Positions 51,022 through 64,000 of a stretch of 64,000 nucleotides of DNA are shown in pieces (within the stretch, counting starts at the first letter, position 1; each line of letters opens with the position of its first letter). The notes below the pieces were generated by a model, which saw only the letters and a list, made by a program, of their open reading frames with translations, did no database searches and was not told the origin of the DNA. The position numbers and the translations under genes were made by a program. The DNA lies in NCBI GenBank assembly GCA_964304625.1, contig OZ199838.1, positions 8,729,904-8,793,903 of the forward strand, in the 5' to 3' direction. The stretch comes from Kudoa neothunni. Taxonomy: Eukaryota; Animalia; Cnidaria.

Positions 51022-53818
51022 TTAAAATAAGACAAGAGATAATCATAAATTTTAATTATTCTCTATAATTTTTAATATTTTATATGTAGATTGATGTAAT
51101 TGAATATTTTATTTAGAGCATTTCAAATATTAAGAGGGAAAAATATTTAATACATTTCATCTATCATAAATCTCATTAACTTTTTCACTTGCATTAGTAG
51201 CCTCGAAGCTTTAAGTTATTTTAAGCTAGTTGTGAATTTTTGAAAACTACGCACCACATTTCAATATCTTTAAAAAAAAGTTCTGGGAAATTTTATATCG
51301 TTTTAATCTTTCTACAACGAAACATAGTAAGCGCCAAGTAAAGTCGAATAATAACGTGTCTCAAATACAAAAATCTACATGAATAATTGTTGTTACTAAC
51401 ACGGATCAAGGTTAATGCTAAATACAATAAGTAATCAATTTTCCGTATTAACCGATTTTGAGTACTTTAACTTTTTCTTCTCTAATATATAACTATCTGA
51501 GTTAAAACTATTTCTGTAAATTAAGAAAATTTATTTTATGTAATTAAAATTAAAAGTTCAAAGGAAAAAATTTATAAAGAAGTTTTTTATAAAAATTAGA
51601 GTTGTATTAATTAATTAATTACACCCATGATAACATTGTAAACAATTTAGACATAAATAAAAGTTTACTATTTTCCCATTTTTAACAATTTGCGAATAAA
51701 ATCGGCAAATCTTCTAGATCCTTTGGCGATTTTGATAAATTTTTGGCATGTTTTTAAGATCATTTTTTGTATTACCTGGGCTTAAAGAATTATTAAAATT
51801 TCTAATTGTATCTTGCGTTTGGTAAACTTTTATTTCAGATATTTTAATTTGAAATAAAGCATTGTTACAAGTATAAAATTATCTACTCGAAGATTTCTCG
51901 TAATGAAATCAGCAACGATTAAATCCCATTTTTGTGAATTTGCAATAACTCCGTATATTTGAAACATTGTTTTGCGATTATTCGGTCTTTCGAAGAACAA
52001 GAATAAAAATCGGACAAAATAGGACATATGGAAAACAATCGGAAACGGTTGGCAACGCTGGCTGCTTGAATCGTGCGCACCCCAGTAAATTTACATTATT
52101 AATTTTTGATATTTCAATTTGCATTATCCATATCACTTAGAATCAGCACAAATATAATTATATTTATAAATTAAAAATTGCTAATGAATGATTTAACAAT
52201 AATTTTTATCTACTGAATTCATTACCATAAAAAAAGATTTGTTGTATTGGATTTCTTTTATAAAGTTTAACATTTTTGAGGAAAAAACATTTGTTAGGAA
52301 AATGAAATTGAATTTTTTTATAGACATGTTAGTTTAGGAGTAATTTTCTCCCGTTGCAATAGCCACTGCCAAATTTTAATGTGGGCTCTTGCAATTTAGT
52401 CTCTCTTATTTATCATTATCTTTGCGTTTGTACTCAAGAGTATATTAATAAGAACAAATTTTTTATAACAATGATGTAAAGGTTAAGTGCGATTAATCTA
52501 GTTGATCCTTGACTTAATTTGTAGGAACAAACTACTTAGACAACGTGATGATAACACTAATGATTTCTGTCAACAAAAATTAAAAAAAATATATGCAATT
52601 CCCACATCCAATTTTATTACAATCAAAATTATTTTTTTATTTTCATCGTAAGCTTTGGACGATTTTAAATAAAAACATGCAGAAAACTTTCTTAATGGAT
52701 TATTAATCTTAAAAAAGTGTTGCGTAACAAAAAATTATTTTCTGCACTCAAGAGAGGTAGCAGTAAGAGTTAGAAACCAGTACAAATTTAATATATAATG
52801 ATATGCATAAATTGCATAAAATTAAATAAGATACTTAATAAAATATAACAAAAAACTTTTATCGTATTTATTAGCTGAATTTTAGTTCGAAAAAGTTATT
52901 AATATTCACTGGTATAGCTTTGATTCTCTTATATCAGGAATAGCCATTTCTAGATCTATGACCGTAGATAACATTTGATAATTTCATTTTCTGAAAATTT
53001 GTACATTTTAAGTAAATTAGAGCATCATTCATAGAAATCAAAATTTGTTTAATTTTTTGCGGTTTTTGTAGTTCTCATTTTATTATGAGCATTCATAATG
53101 GATTCTATATTACCCACAATTTATTTAAAGAGGATAGAGATTTGAAGTTAAAATAATTGAGGATTTTAATTTTTCTGTTCTTCCCATTCGATATTCTTTC
53201 ATAATATGGCATTTTTTCCACTTAGTCTTTCAAAGAACTCAACTGCTTGGTTCTCTTCAGGTGCTCACGACCCATCATTGGGCAACTTTATTCTTAAGCT
53301 TACTGCCCACGAGTCGTAAATTTGAGCTAATTCTTATTTACAGCGAATTAAAACACAAACTAATGTTTTAATTATTTAGTATAATTGTTATGATTTTACT
53401 CGATTTACTTTAATTAGTAACAGAATTGTGTGAGTCATTAAATAATGGCAAGTACCCACGAGCCGTCACCTACTGTAGTTGGAAACCCCTAAATTAAACA
53501 GTTAAACTAAAAAAAACTGATTATAGTTTATTTAAATAAATAATCCAAATTGTGAAAATTAATAATATAAGCAAAATTATGTTGTGTTTTGATGACTATG
53601 ATTATCGGCAGGAAAAATGAAATATTGGCCTTGATTTTAATGATTCTACAACAATTATTATTAACTGTAAAAGAACCGGATTAAAAAATAGTAAAACTAA
53701 TGAAAAAGTGTCTATACGCGTATTAGAAGTTTCATTAATCCTTCTTTTCAGAAACATTTAGAAATGCAAAGCTCAATTAAAATTCTTAAATTAAACTCTA
53801 TTTAATGCGAATTATTGT

Positions 53819-53826
<8 letters not shown>

Positions 53827-53855
<29 letters not shown>
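53827..53855. repeat. (AT)n microsatellite
   Basis: About 14 AT units. Confidence 0.9.
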
Positions 53856-53857
<2 letters not shown>

Positions 53858-53939
53858 TTTAAATAAAATCAACTCGTGGTGAAACTATTAACAAATATTT
53901 AGAAAAACAGCTTGATAGTAATACTGCAGATAATCCCGT

Positions 53940-54931
53940 TTAAATGGGCTGCAATCGATTAAGGATAAATTTTCTTAAAGCAATAAAATTAATAATTAAT
54001 TCGCATAAAATATTTAAAAAATTTTACTTGAATAACATCATAAATCTCTGGGATGTAAAATTTAAGCATATTTGTTACTCCATGTTTCAAAAGTTGACGT
54101 ACTACCTGGGACAGCTGGCGCATGAACCCTACCAATAAACAAACAAACCACAATCAAAACTACAATTCGTTTTTTAATTACTTGCATTTGAAGTTTCAAG
54201 ATACCAGTATCTTCGTCAAAACTATCAAAAACAATATCGCCGCCATCCTCCAAAACAATCGGTCTATAAACAATTAACAACGATGAACTATTAGATTTTT
54301 TAAAACCTTATTTTTGAATCAAGAATTTCTTTGATAGCTTGCACAACCTCGGAATCATTTGGTTTTGAATCACTTTCATCACAAGGTTCATTTCTTTTTA
54401 TAATTACAGGTAAATTGGTAAGATAAAAATCATTGATTGTTGCAAATATTTGCGGCTTCAATATTTCCCAATCATCAATCTCAGCAGAATTTTTGTTTAC
54501 TGTAATAAAATCTGGGCCAAGCATTACAGCTTTTATTCCATCAATTTCAAGTAACAGTCTTGAGTCGATTTGAAAATAATCATTTATTGCCAAAAAAGTT
54601 ACTGCGCCAATGGCGACTCATTAGCTTCTCCTTTACCAGAAAAATAATAAGTGGTTCCATCGTCAAACAATCTTTTTCCTGGAATAAATTTCAAGCTATC
54701 TGGATTTGGGGTTTCTACCACTTGTATAAAATCCCTTCTAAAAGGTGGCCCTTTGTTGTTGGATTTAGATTAGTCACTCGTTTTAAATTTACTTAGATAG
54801 TTGTAGCTTCTGTTCTTATATTCTCTGCTATGACAACAATTAATTGTGACATATTTCGAATGTGAAACAACAAGACTGTTGTAATAATTATTTGATATTT
54901 TGACCAATACCCACTTGGATCTCGATAACAT
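53940..54931 (-). CDS. NFU1: Mitochondrial Fe-S cluster carrier NFU1 (two apparent +1 frameshifts just after CxxC)
   Basis: MLSRSK.. targeting peptide, FIQVVETPNPDSLKFIPG, SPLA, GPDFITVNK, EILDSKIRPIVLEDGGDI, GSCASCP, LKHGVTNMLKFYIPE. Last exon uncertain. Confidence 0.9.
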
Positions 54932-55183
54932 CGTTGGTAGACGTCACTATTCGGAGTTCGAAATAAATCAATATTTTTGTTTTCGAATGATTTCAATTAA
55001 AATAATTAATTAATATTACCGAATAATAAAATATAGTTAATGTTAGTATGGATGAGAAAATTATTTTAGAATTATAATTTGAAATCAATATACGAATTTG
55101 GCGCGTGTTACATCGCAATAAATAACCAAACTTTTGAAGAAATAAATTAAATCCAAAATAATTAATAATCGTTAAAATGATAA

Positions 55184-56331
55184 TTAGCGATGCAGCAGCA
55201 ATTCAATGTCACAGCCAGCGTCCTCATCTGTCTCAATACCAATATCATCCTAAAAAATTGTTTACAATTAAATTGTTGATAGTAAAAGCACATAAAGGTC
55301 TTTCTTTGATTTCGGATAGTTTTCAAGAATGGTTCCAAGCATTTCATTAGCCTATATATATACACATAGAGAGATGAAATTACACTCAAAGTGGGTCGAT
55401 TGAATGTTTTACCATTTTTTTCCTCTTCTTAAAAGCTTTAAGACTTTCGTTAAATTTAGTAAGAATCTAGTTTATTATATTTAAGAATTTAACAATAAAT
55501 ATTTGATACGGTATTTTTTTCTTCCTTGGTAACCATTACTTTGTCACCTAGATGTATGCATAACGAAATTCGATTACACCCCGACAAAACACCTACCATC
55601 GGTTATATCAGCCAACAATTTGGAACTTTTTTCAATCTAAAGCTAAAAATTTAGTTAGTTTTAACTGAATCCATACTTCTTGTTCAATTTTTATTATTTC
55701 CTTTTCCAACTCATCAACAGTTTTCATATTGTTTAGTATATTTAGGGCTAAAACATGAATTAATTAGATCGCATTGCTCAGTGAAAACAGTCCACTTTTG
55801 GTATTGTTTCTGCTTTTATCAGTCAATTCATTATATCGTTCATTCAATGATTCAATTTGATGATCCATGGCGTTTAATTCGTTGTCGTCAAGTTGTGCGG
55901 AATGATCCTTTGATAATTATAATATTTTATTATAATAATATTTCAGTAGACAGCTGTTACTTGTAAGGAACAATAAACTTTTTGTTTTCCATAGATTTTT
56001 TCGGTTATCTGGTTGCTCTGAGCAAGACTCTCCAATGCTTTAACCACAGTCTTAATCTCATTTAACGCCTATTCCAAAATATGGTATTACAGTTTTTCCA
56101 AACTCGCTTTGAAAATTGTTGAATATATCAGCTTAAATATAATGTCGTCAATGTAGACAATAGAACAGAAAGCATTTCAAATTACTGGCACTGAATGGTC
56201 TGTTCTGTTTCACCAGATAGTTCAAAATCAATTCATTTGCTATTATATATCATATCAATTAATTTAAAACACTAACAATAATAATAAACTATTGTTAAAT
56301 TTATACTTTCTTTTGCGCTCCTTTTTGACAT
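55184..56331 (-). CDS. PSMC3IP: Meiotic homologous-pairing protein HOP2 (TBPIP), ~10 short exons
   Basis: Spliced: MSKRSAKE..ILNYLVKQNRPFSATDIFNN..KTTVVKALESLAQ..EKIYGKQKVY..KKRKKMANEMLGTILENYPKSKKDLYDDIGIETDED; missed by the ORF track. Confidence 0.92.
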
Positions 56332-56899
56332 TCTTGGCACGTGACCGTATTGCGTAATTCAAGTACCCACGCCTTCACCTCACTTGAAACCGCGTTGTAA
56401 TCTTGTGTGGTTGAAAAGAATTTAATTAACTAAAATTAATAAGATATTCATTTATGTGACAAACTTAGAATGCGATGTTATTCAAATAAATTTAACCCCC
56501 TCAAATATTTTAAGGTGTTTTTACTCTGGAATAATGTTCCATTAGGAAGGGAGTTGGTTTCGGATGTCATTGTAGAGAATTTTAAAAATAAATCTTTTTA
56601 GATTGTGTAATTCTCACTTATCTTAATTTAAATCATGTAAAGACGTAATATATTGTCTTATTTTTTTATATTTCTGTTAATAATAAATTTCTATGCAAAA
56701 AATCCAATATGAAAACTAAATTAAATTTAATGGTTTATTTTAAACTATTTTATGAAATAAGGAAATAAAGTATTAGTTTGAATTGAGCTTATCCAATGTA
56801 AACAATGTTTGCTTGTCTATTTTCTAGTAGAATCGTAACTTTGTTATCTTCGAAAGCAGGGCAGGATAATCATGCTTAACTAGATGGCAAGCCAGAAAA

Positions 56900-57310
56900 C
56901 GTGGTCTGTTCAACAAGTATCGAGATTTTTAAATATACAAAAAATATCTACAATTATAATTACTTGATTTATGTCCCTTCAAAATATTCCCCTCGCCAAT
57001 CAACACATTTTTTCCAACGATTTTTCCAATTTTGGAAACATTGAGAAAAGTTTCTTTGGGGGGGGGGGAATAATTCCTTCGCCGCAATTTGTTTAATTTC
57101 CGTAATAGAATAAAATCTTTTCCCTTTTACGCGAAACTTTATCCTTGGGAACAAAAAAAGTTATAGGATGCTAAATCTGGATAATATTGTGGATGTTGGA
57201 GTTGTTCGATATTAAATTTTGATAAAAATCGTTGAATTTTACTGGATGAATGAGCAGGCGCGTTATAATGATGTAGAATCCAACTACCGTTGCTCCACTT
57301 TTAGATAATA
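56900..57310 (-). mobile_element. mariner 3' fragment truncated by Helitron copy 4
   Basis: WILHHYNAPAH, HPQYYPDLASYNFFLFP, RWKKCVDWRGEYFEG; TIR-like CGTGGTCTGTTCAACAAGTATCGAG at 56900. Confidence 0.85.
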
Positions 57311-59560
57311 CTAGAGCCAAAGCCCCACTTCGCGAAGGCTTCCTTGCCTAACCAAGTGGTCTAACACCTGGCGCAGAGTAAAGCTTTTTAGATTTTAAGT
57401 AAGTAGCACTAATGCCTAGTTTTGCCTGTAGAGAGTGTGATGGAAAATTTTAACTTTTAATTTTATTTTTCTATTTTAATTTATGCATTTTAAAGCTTGG
57501 CATTATTTTTGCAATGTGATGATTTAGATAAACGAAATTATGCGCACACTTTCCATTCAAATATTAATAGAGGTATGGAGAGAAATAATTGAGTATTTTT
57601 TAAGTTTATTTTACAAATTATTGACCAAACCTATGATGACCTTAATTTTAAGAGAAATGTAACCAGCGATTAAAGTTCAGTTATTTATGAAACAAAACCA
57701 TTGAGTAACATAAATAGGACTTTCAGTTATTTTCAAAATCTTACGATAAAAATTAATCCTTCTAATTACACAATGTATTATTAGTCTACAAACGATAAAA
57801 AAATAAAAGTAACCTAAGGTGCATCAGAAACTAAAATGTTAATTGTTGCTCCTTTTTTCGAAAATTTATAATGATGCCAACGATGTTTTAAAAAGCTGTG
57901 AGCGGTAACTTAAGGATTCATTATTGTAACAAAATTTCCCCATTTATAAATAAATCCAACCTTGCTTTTTATCAAGAATACTTATTGATTCAAAAATGTA
58001 AAGGTGTTTTTGGTTTGAAAAATTACAGTAATGCTTAAACATCAAACTGGTTTTCTTGAAGGAATGCACCCTTTTAAAAAATAACGTACTGTTTGATTGC
58101 CCTAAAAAAATTCCTTCGTATTGAAATATTCTTAAATTAACGAAAACTTTGTGAAAATACCGGTTAGATTGAATAGACCCATAATTTCTTGTTTACTTAC
58201 ATGGCACGTATTGAGAAGGGACTGTATTTTGTGCAAAAGTAATCGTGAATATAAATTCTTAAATTACATATAGAATGCGGTGTCGCATATTTTTATGCAT
58301 CTTTATATCATAATGAATTAATGCGATCCTAAATAAAACAGTATATTGATGTGAATATCAATCTTAAGGTTTGGAGATAGGGAATAATTAGGTAACTAAG
58401 AACTTAAATATTATTTAAAAAATTGTCTCATCAAATATAGAAACTTATCGAATTAGTGATTCCAGCTATTTTTCAAGAAAGTTTAGGAAAACCAAAAAAT
58501 GAGTAAAAACTTATCGAAAAGATGAATATAGTTTCAATCTCAATCGACATATTTGACAAAAAGAAATATTCACATCTCAGGAATTCCAATGGAGCATAAT
58601 TTTCATTTGTTATCACAAAAATTTAATTATCTGAAAACTCTACTCATATCCTACATAGTTTTTAGAATGCATATAGAGACCCAAATTATTCAAAATTACA
58701 ACAACTTATAATCTCAAATAAATGTTTTATTCAAAATGTCGCTCCCAAGGCGACCCAACCACATGAAGCATCATCATTACCACTAACAAACTATTATTAT
58801 TATTATTAAAAACAATTAAATTTATAGTGATTTGTTTTTGTTTTAAATTCTTCCTTTTTAAGGAGCGATTTTTTCATTATCGGATCTATCCAAAAAGCAG
58901 TATTGCTCTAATTTTTTTTGCCATTCACAACGTGTGATCATTTTAATACATATAGCCTATAACCATAAACTAAATATAGAATAGTAACGAAAACAATTTA
59001 ATCTTCGCGGGATTTCAGGAATTCTAGTAAAGTATATTTTTTATTTAAAATTTACCACAAATATTTTAATATTTTAAAACTCTACACAAGTTTCATATCG
59101 TTTTTAGGATACATATAGAGACTCAAATTATGTGTTTTATTTAAAATGATCATAATCTATTTTGCTTAACTATATCTATAACGCTCGAAAAGAGAAAACA
59201 CATATCAAATAACTTGTTTATACTTCAAATTTTAAGGGAAATGCAACAACTCTTGTAAATGTGACGTCAATAGTTTTATTTGTCTTAAAGTAACTCCTAA
59301 CAGGCATATGTAAAATTTTTAGAACATTCTACAACATAATTAAGAGACTCTTTTTCTATATAATGAGTAAAAAGTTCATTCTAATTGAGTATCACTCTGA
59401 AGAAAACAACTATTAAATACTATACAGGTACTTTTTTATTTGCTATTTGAGTAAACAACAAGAAAATACCTTACTTCTAATTGCAGTATTGCTTATATTT
59501 ATACTTCTAAGTAAATGAAAGACTTACTAATGGTATCATCTATTCAAATGTATACTAAAA
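57311..59560 (-). mobile_element. Non-autonomous Helitron, copy 4 (extended 3' end, 5' tip missing)
   Basis: Reverse complement of copy 2; old end reads CTAC (57403..57406); new end CTTCGCGAAGTGGGG..CTAG|T; extra ~350 bp with a partial duplication near 58740..59090. Confidence 0.85.
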
Positions 59561-59911
59561 GCCGTGAGCAGGCGAAGGTCATTTTAAGTTCAAAGTCAAT
59601 TATAATTATCTTATCGACCTTTCTATAACAGTCATGATCGAAATAAACAGCAATGACCCGATCATCCTCACTTTCTTCGTTATTGGACTTTATTTTCATT
59701 TAGAAATCATAAGTTCTTACAAATCATGAGGCGTATTAATCGCTTTACCCAACCCGTCGATGAACTAACTAATCTAAAAGTTTGTTAACAATGTTTTACT
59801 TAATCATAACGTTCTAACATAATTTTATGTTTATTTAAAAAAAATATAAAACTTTTTAACGTTAACTAAACGTGAAAAGTAAATATATATTCAAGCGTAT
59901 TAATTTATTAA

Positions 59912-62400
59912 CCCTCTAACGGGCTTGGGGTCTTTTAGACCCCAAAACGATTTTAATTTGTCCATAGAATATTTTATAATTATCTGGGATACTTGAAATT
60001 TCGTCTATTCTCCTAAATTATTTTAATAAATAGATTTATAAAAATCTTTATGTGGAATATTGATTATTTCTTATCGAACAAAATTTTTATCTTCCAACGG
60101 GCTTTGGGGTAAAAAAGACCCCAGATTTTTTTTGATTTGACGTATGTAGAAAATTATTATAAGATGATTTGGAAATTTAAAAAAAAATCTGCCCAATAAA
60201 TACTGTCAAATTTAGCAATTATTAATCAATATAATCCGCCGTAATCCGATTAAGTATGTAATCGCAACATATCGTAACCATCGTTTATATGAATACCGCA
60301 AGGTCAATGTTTATTAGCTAAATACAAACAAAATTAACATATTACCTCCGTGTACTAGCAATAAATAATCCCCTACAAAATAAGCTATAGATAATTTAAG
60401 CCTTAGGACCGTATATGAGAGTTAACGCGAAATATACACCAATTTTATCGTTTGTTGCGCACATTGAGATAATCATGGCACCATCCGAGGATTTTAGCGA
60501 TGAATATCAACCTTTAAGTAGCGACATTGATGAAACCGTTCTTGAATATTCCGAAGAATCCGATGATACATCAGATTGCGAACATCCTGCGGATTCTACG
60601 ACAAGCAAAAGCGGAATACTTTGGACATTGAATAAGCCACCTCCATCAAAAATGCTGAAGGAGGATATCATGAATCCTCGACCTGGGCCAACAGCTTATT
60701 GCATACAAAGAGTCAAAAACGTGTTGGACTGTTTTTTTATATTCTTCACTGATGAAATTTGCCAGGAAATAATAAAACAAACAAACGTTCACGGGAAATT
60801 ACACTTTTCTGATTTATGGAATGATTTAGACGACGTTGAATTAAGAGGATTTTTCGGAACACTAATTTTGATGGCTGTCTACAAAGACAGAGAGCAACCT
60901 CTTTTAGAAATGTTTAGTATAAAGGAAGGGAGAGAGATGTATCGCGAAATCTTTTCATTTAATCGTTTTCGCCAAATTCTACGATGTATTCATTTTGATA
61001 ATCCAAGCACCAGATCTGAAAGAAGAGAATTGGATAAATTTTGTCCAATTCGCAACATATGGAACATGTGGATCCAGACTCTACCTATATGTTTTTTCCC
61101 CGGTGAAAAATGTTACCGTTGACGAGCAGTTAGTCTCGTTTAGAGGAAGATGCTCATTTTAGACAATATATGCCGATGAAGCCGGCGAAATATGGCCTAA
61201 AGTTTTTCCTAGCTGTCGATCCAGTCCGCAAATATGTTGTAAACATTTCTCCCTATCTAGGAAAGAACGGAACTCAAGCTAGCTAAAACTGTGGTGTTGG
61301 TGAGAATATTGTGCTTTCCCTTACAGCTCCCTTGTATAACTCAGGAAGAACTATAGTTGCAGATAATTTTTTCTCTTCCCTTAGACTAGCCGAGAAGCTG
61401 TTAGACAAACGTCTGACATATCTTGGAACAATTCGACACAATAAGAGAGATTTACCACCGTGTGTTCTTCCGTCTAGAAATCGTTCCTTATTCAGCACTA
61501 TGTTTATATTTTTTGATAAATATATGATCACTTCATATGTCAACAAAAAAAGAAGAGCAGTGATTCTCCTATCCTCAGGAACAACCAACACCAACATAAC
61601 CAACGATACACATAAACAAAAGCCTGAAACAATAGTGGATTATAATTGTTCCAAAGGAGGAGTAGATACCGTGGATCGGATGTTGGCTTCCGTTTCGGTC
61701 CGCAGATTTAATCGACGCTGGCCCATGGTGGTCTTTTATAATATGTTGGATTTGACTTTGATAAATTCATTTTGTCTATATAAACACATATTTAACGATT
61801 CCACAAAATTGAGACGTGATTTTCTGAAAGAAATGGCTGGAGAGTTGTATAAACCTCTTTTGGAGAGAAATTCCCAAATGAAAAAAGGTTCAAAAAGATC
61901 TCATCCAACTTCTATGGAAACATACAACTTTGCAGATTCAAATACTTCTAAACGAAGATGTGAACATTGTCCTCGTGAAAAACGATAAGAAAACCTCATC
62001 CAAATGCTCAAATGTGGAAGTTTCTACTGTCGCGCCCATTCGTCAAATAAATGTCTAAATTGCTAGCTAATATAAACCAAATTTATTAGGGACCCTTGAA
62101 AATATTTTATCTTTTATTTTTTACTAAAATGTTATTTTTCATTATTTCAAATAAGACTAAACATATTATACGTTATAAAAACGATTTATCGCGATATCTG
62201 CTTAATCTTGCCGAAGAGGATTACTGAAGATTAATTATGAAGTAATTGATTATTTTCTCAGCGTTACTTAGGCAGAATTTTCCCATATTTCCCTCATAAG
62301 TTTATAATAATTTTCTGCATACATTAAATTAAAAAAAATCTGGGGTCTTTTTTACCCCAAAGCCCGTTGGAGGGTGGTCGTTTTTTCATCCGTTGGAGGG
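59912..62400 (+). mobile_element. piggyBac D, full length, transposase broken by frameshifts/stops (~60476..62065)
   Basis: TTAA flanks; TIRs CCCTCTAACGG / CCGTTGGAGGG; motifs VDEQL, YMPMKPAKYG, ADNFF, GGVD. Confidence 0.93.
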
Positions 62401-62742
62401 TTAATTTCCCGTTTAAGCAACAAATCTTTGTTTGCACCGAAACCCCGCCTACGCACAAACAAATGTTGTAACTCGTCTTAAGTACGTTCAAAAGTAGAAA
62501 AGAGTAAACTTTCAGAGTTTTAGTTGTATATAAATACAGAAAATTAGAGTTATCTACGACTATCATTGAACATTATAGAGAATCATGTGCAGTGGTAATC
62601 TCATTGTTTGTCATCAGCGCTAATCTGTTTGAAAAAAGTTTACACTACAAATTAACCGCTTTATTAGAAAGTAGACAATCCCGTCGTATTTTTGTAGTTA
62701 ATTTTGTATTTTTTTAAAGTATACTACGAAAATCAAATAGTC

Positions 62743-63061
62743 TAAAAAGTCTCTGTATAAGGAGAAGATTTGTGCGTACACACACGGACTTTACTACTTT
62801 ATATAGTAGGATAGATATTAATAAAACCAAAAATAGAAAAATTTATATTCTGAAAATTATATTATTCGATCAATAGTTTCCGATCGTTAATTAGGTAAAT
62901 AGATTAACCACTAATTTAAGGTATATTAAAATTATTTTATTCTTTGAATTCTAAATACATTTTTATAAGTATCGCCAGCTGGAAAAAAGTTTATAAAAGT
63001 CTCGGTATAAGAATATAATTTGCACACACACGGACACTACTACTTTATATATTAGGATAGA
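62743..63061 (-). repeat. Two ~70-bp direct repeats resembling tandem Helitron 5' termini
   Basis: Minus strand A|TCTATCCTACTATATAAAGTAGT..GTCCGTGTGTGT at 62815 and A|TCTATCCTAATATATAAAGTAGT.. at 63061. Confidence 0.6.
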
Positions 63062-63471
63062 TTTTAAAAATTATAAACATCTTAAATAAGTTTTTAAGCG
63101 TATGTTAATATTATTTTTATAAAGTGAAGAACAAAAATTGTTTTATTGCGTTTAAATATATTAAGTAAATTTTTACTTATACAATTCTGTTAGTTCATGT
63201 GTTAGTCTCCGAAAATTTATTAACTTGTGCGACTTATTCAATTTAAATTCTATATAAATACTATAAGGAAAGTTTTTAAAATAAATCGAATGAAATTGAT
63301 ATGAATATCCGAATATTACGATTAGTTGACAACGTTTCGTAATCATATTTAAGCAAATTATGAAATGAACAAACAAATTCTAGTTCTAATTGTTTTATAA
63401 CATTATTGTTTGCATAAATTTTATTATTAGGTTTTCAGTACTCATATGATAATCCAAGTATGGGTTTACGG

Positions 63472-63500
63472 CAGAGGTCAGCAACGACCGGCTCGCGAGG
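63472..63500. mobile_element. Isolated hAT-like terminal sequence
   Basis: CAGAGGTCAGCAAC..GGCTCGCGAG; partner TIR not in window. Confidence 0.4.
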
Positions 63501-64000
63501 GGTGTCAATGATGAAGTTAAATTTTTGGGACGGTACTTGTATAATTTCCCCAATTTTTAATGTCGATCTCTTCAGAATATAAATAAGCTTAATTGCAATG
63601 TGAACTAAGTTAATTAAGTACTATCCTCTTTTTCTAAATATAAAAGTAATTAAAAAAATAAACATCAAAATTTTTCCCCAAACGAATTCCTTACTTACGT
63701 TTACTGATTGTATGACGTTAGTTTTATTGTAATTAATGGAAACGTTTAATCATTGTTCTTCACGATTTCGAACCATAATTTAAATATATAAATGTTTAAA
63801 TTCAGCATCAATAACATCAGGGAAACTTTGAAATAAAAAATTGTATAAAACCAGTAATTTCTTCATAAAAAATGTCGAACTTTCACGTTCGTTGCATTTC
63901 TTTTTCTCGTTAAAATAAAAATGTATCATTTTAAACTTCAAAATATAAATTTACTAATCCAATTTTCCATTGTACTGTGAAAAATCCATTACATCCAAAG

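Noticed and set aside
51620-52027. Possible small minus-strand gene (MFQIYGVIANSQKWDL...)
   Set aside because: No consistent splice path or recognisable homology.
52850-53492. Possible very old hAT remnant ending GTTGGAAACCCCT
   Set aside because: One TIR-like end only and no convincing coding motif.
1-64000. CRISPR arrays, rRNA, prokaryotic operons or a reassigned genetic code
   Set aside because: No repeat-spacer arrays or rRNA seen; stops are explained by introns or TE decay under the standard code.

Overview
AT-rich animal nuclear DNA with very short GT-AG introns (about 40-60 nt) and a heavy transposon load. A compact invertebrate, possibly parasitic (e.g. an orthonectid), is my inference, not something the sequence proves. 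Host genes rebuilt by manual splicing: a divergent NALCN-family channel running off the left edge, with filter residues N (domain I) and D (domain II); a low-complexity protein with a capping-protein-interaction (CPI)-like motif; mitochondrial bL17m (MRPL17) with a ~48-aa insertion; a CD39/NTPDase homologue lacking recognisable apyrase catalytic motifs; KTI12; NFU1 with two apparent +1 homopolymer frameshifts; and meiotic HOP2. Most of the rest is mobile DNA. A BEL/Pao LTR element carries three piggyBacs stacked at one TTAA, one with an intron-containing transposase. There is also a Gypsy element, two tRNA-derived SINEs (one split by a solo LTR), four copies of a non-autonomous Helitron with two alternative 3' ends, and hAT, pogo, Merlin, mariner and further piggyBac relics. 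All homology calls are from recalled motifs; no database search was run.
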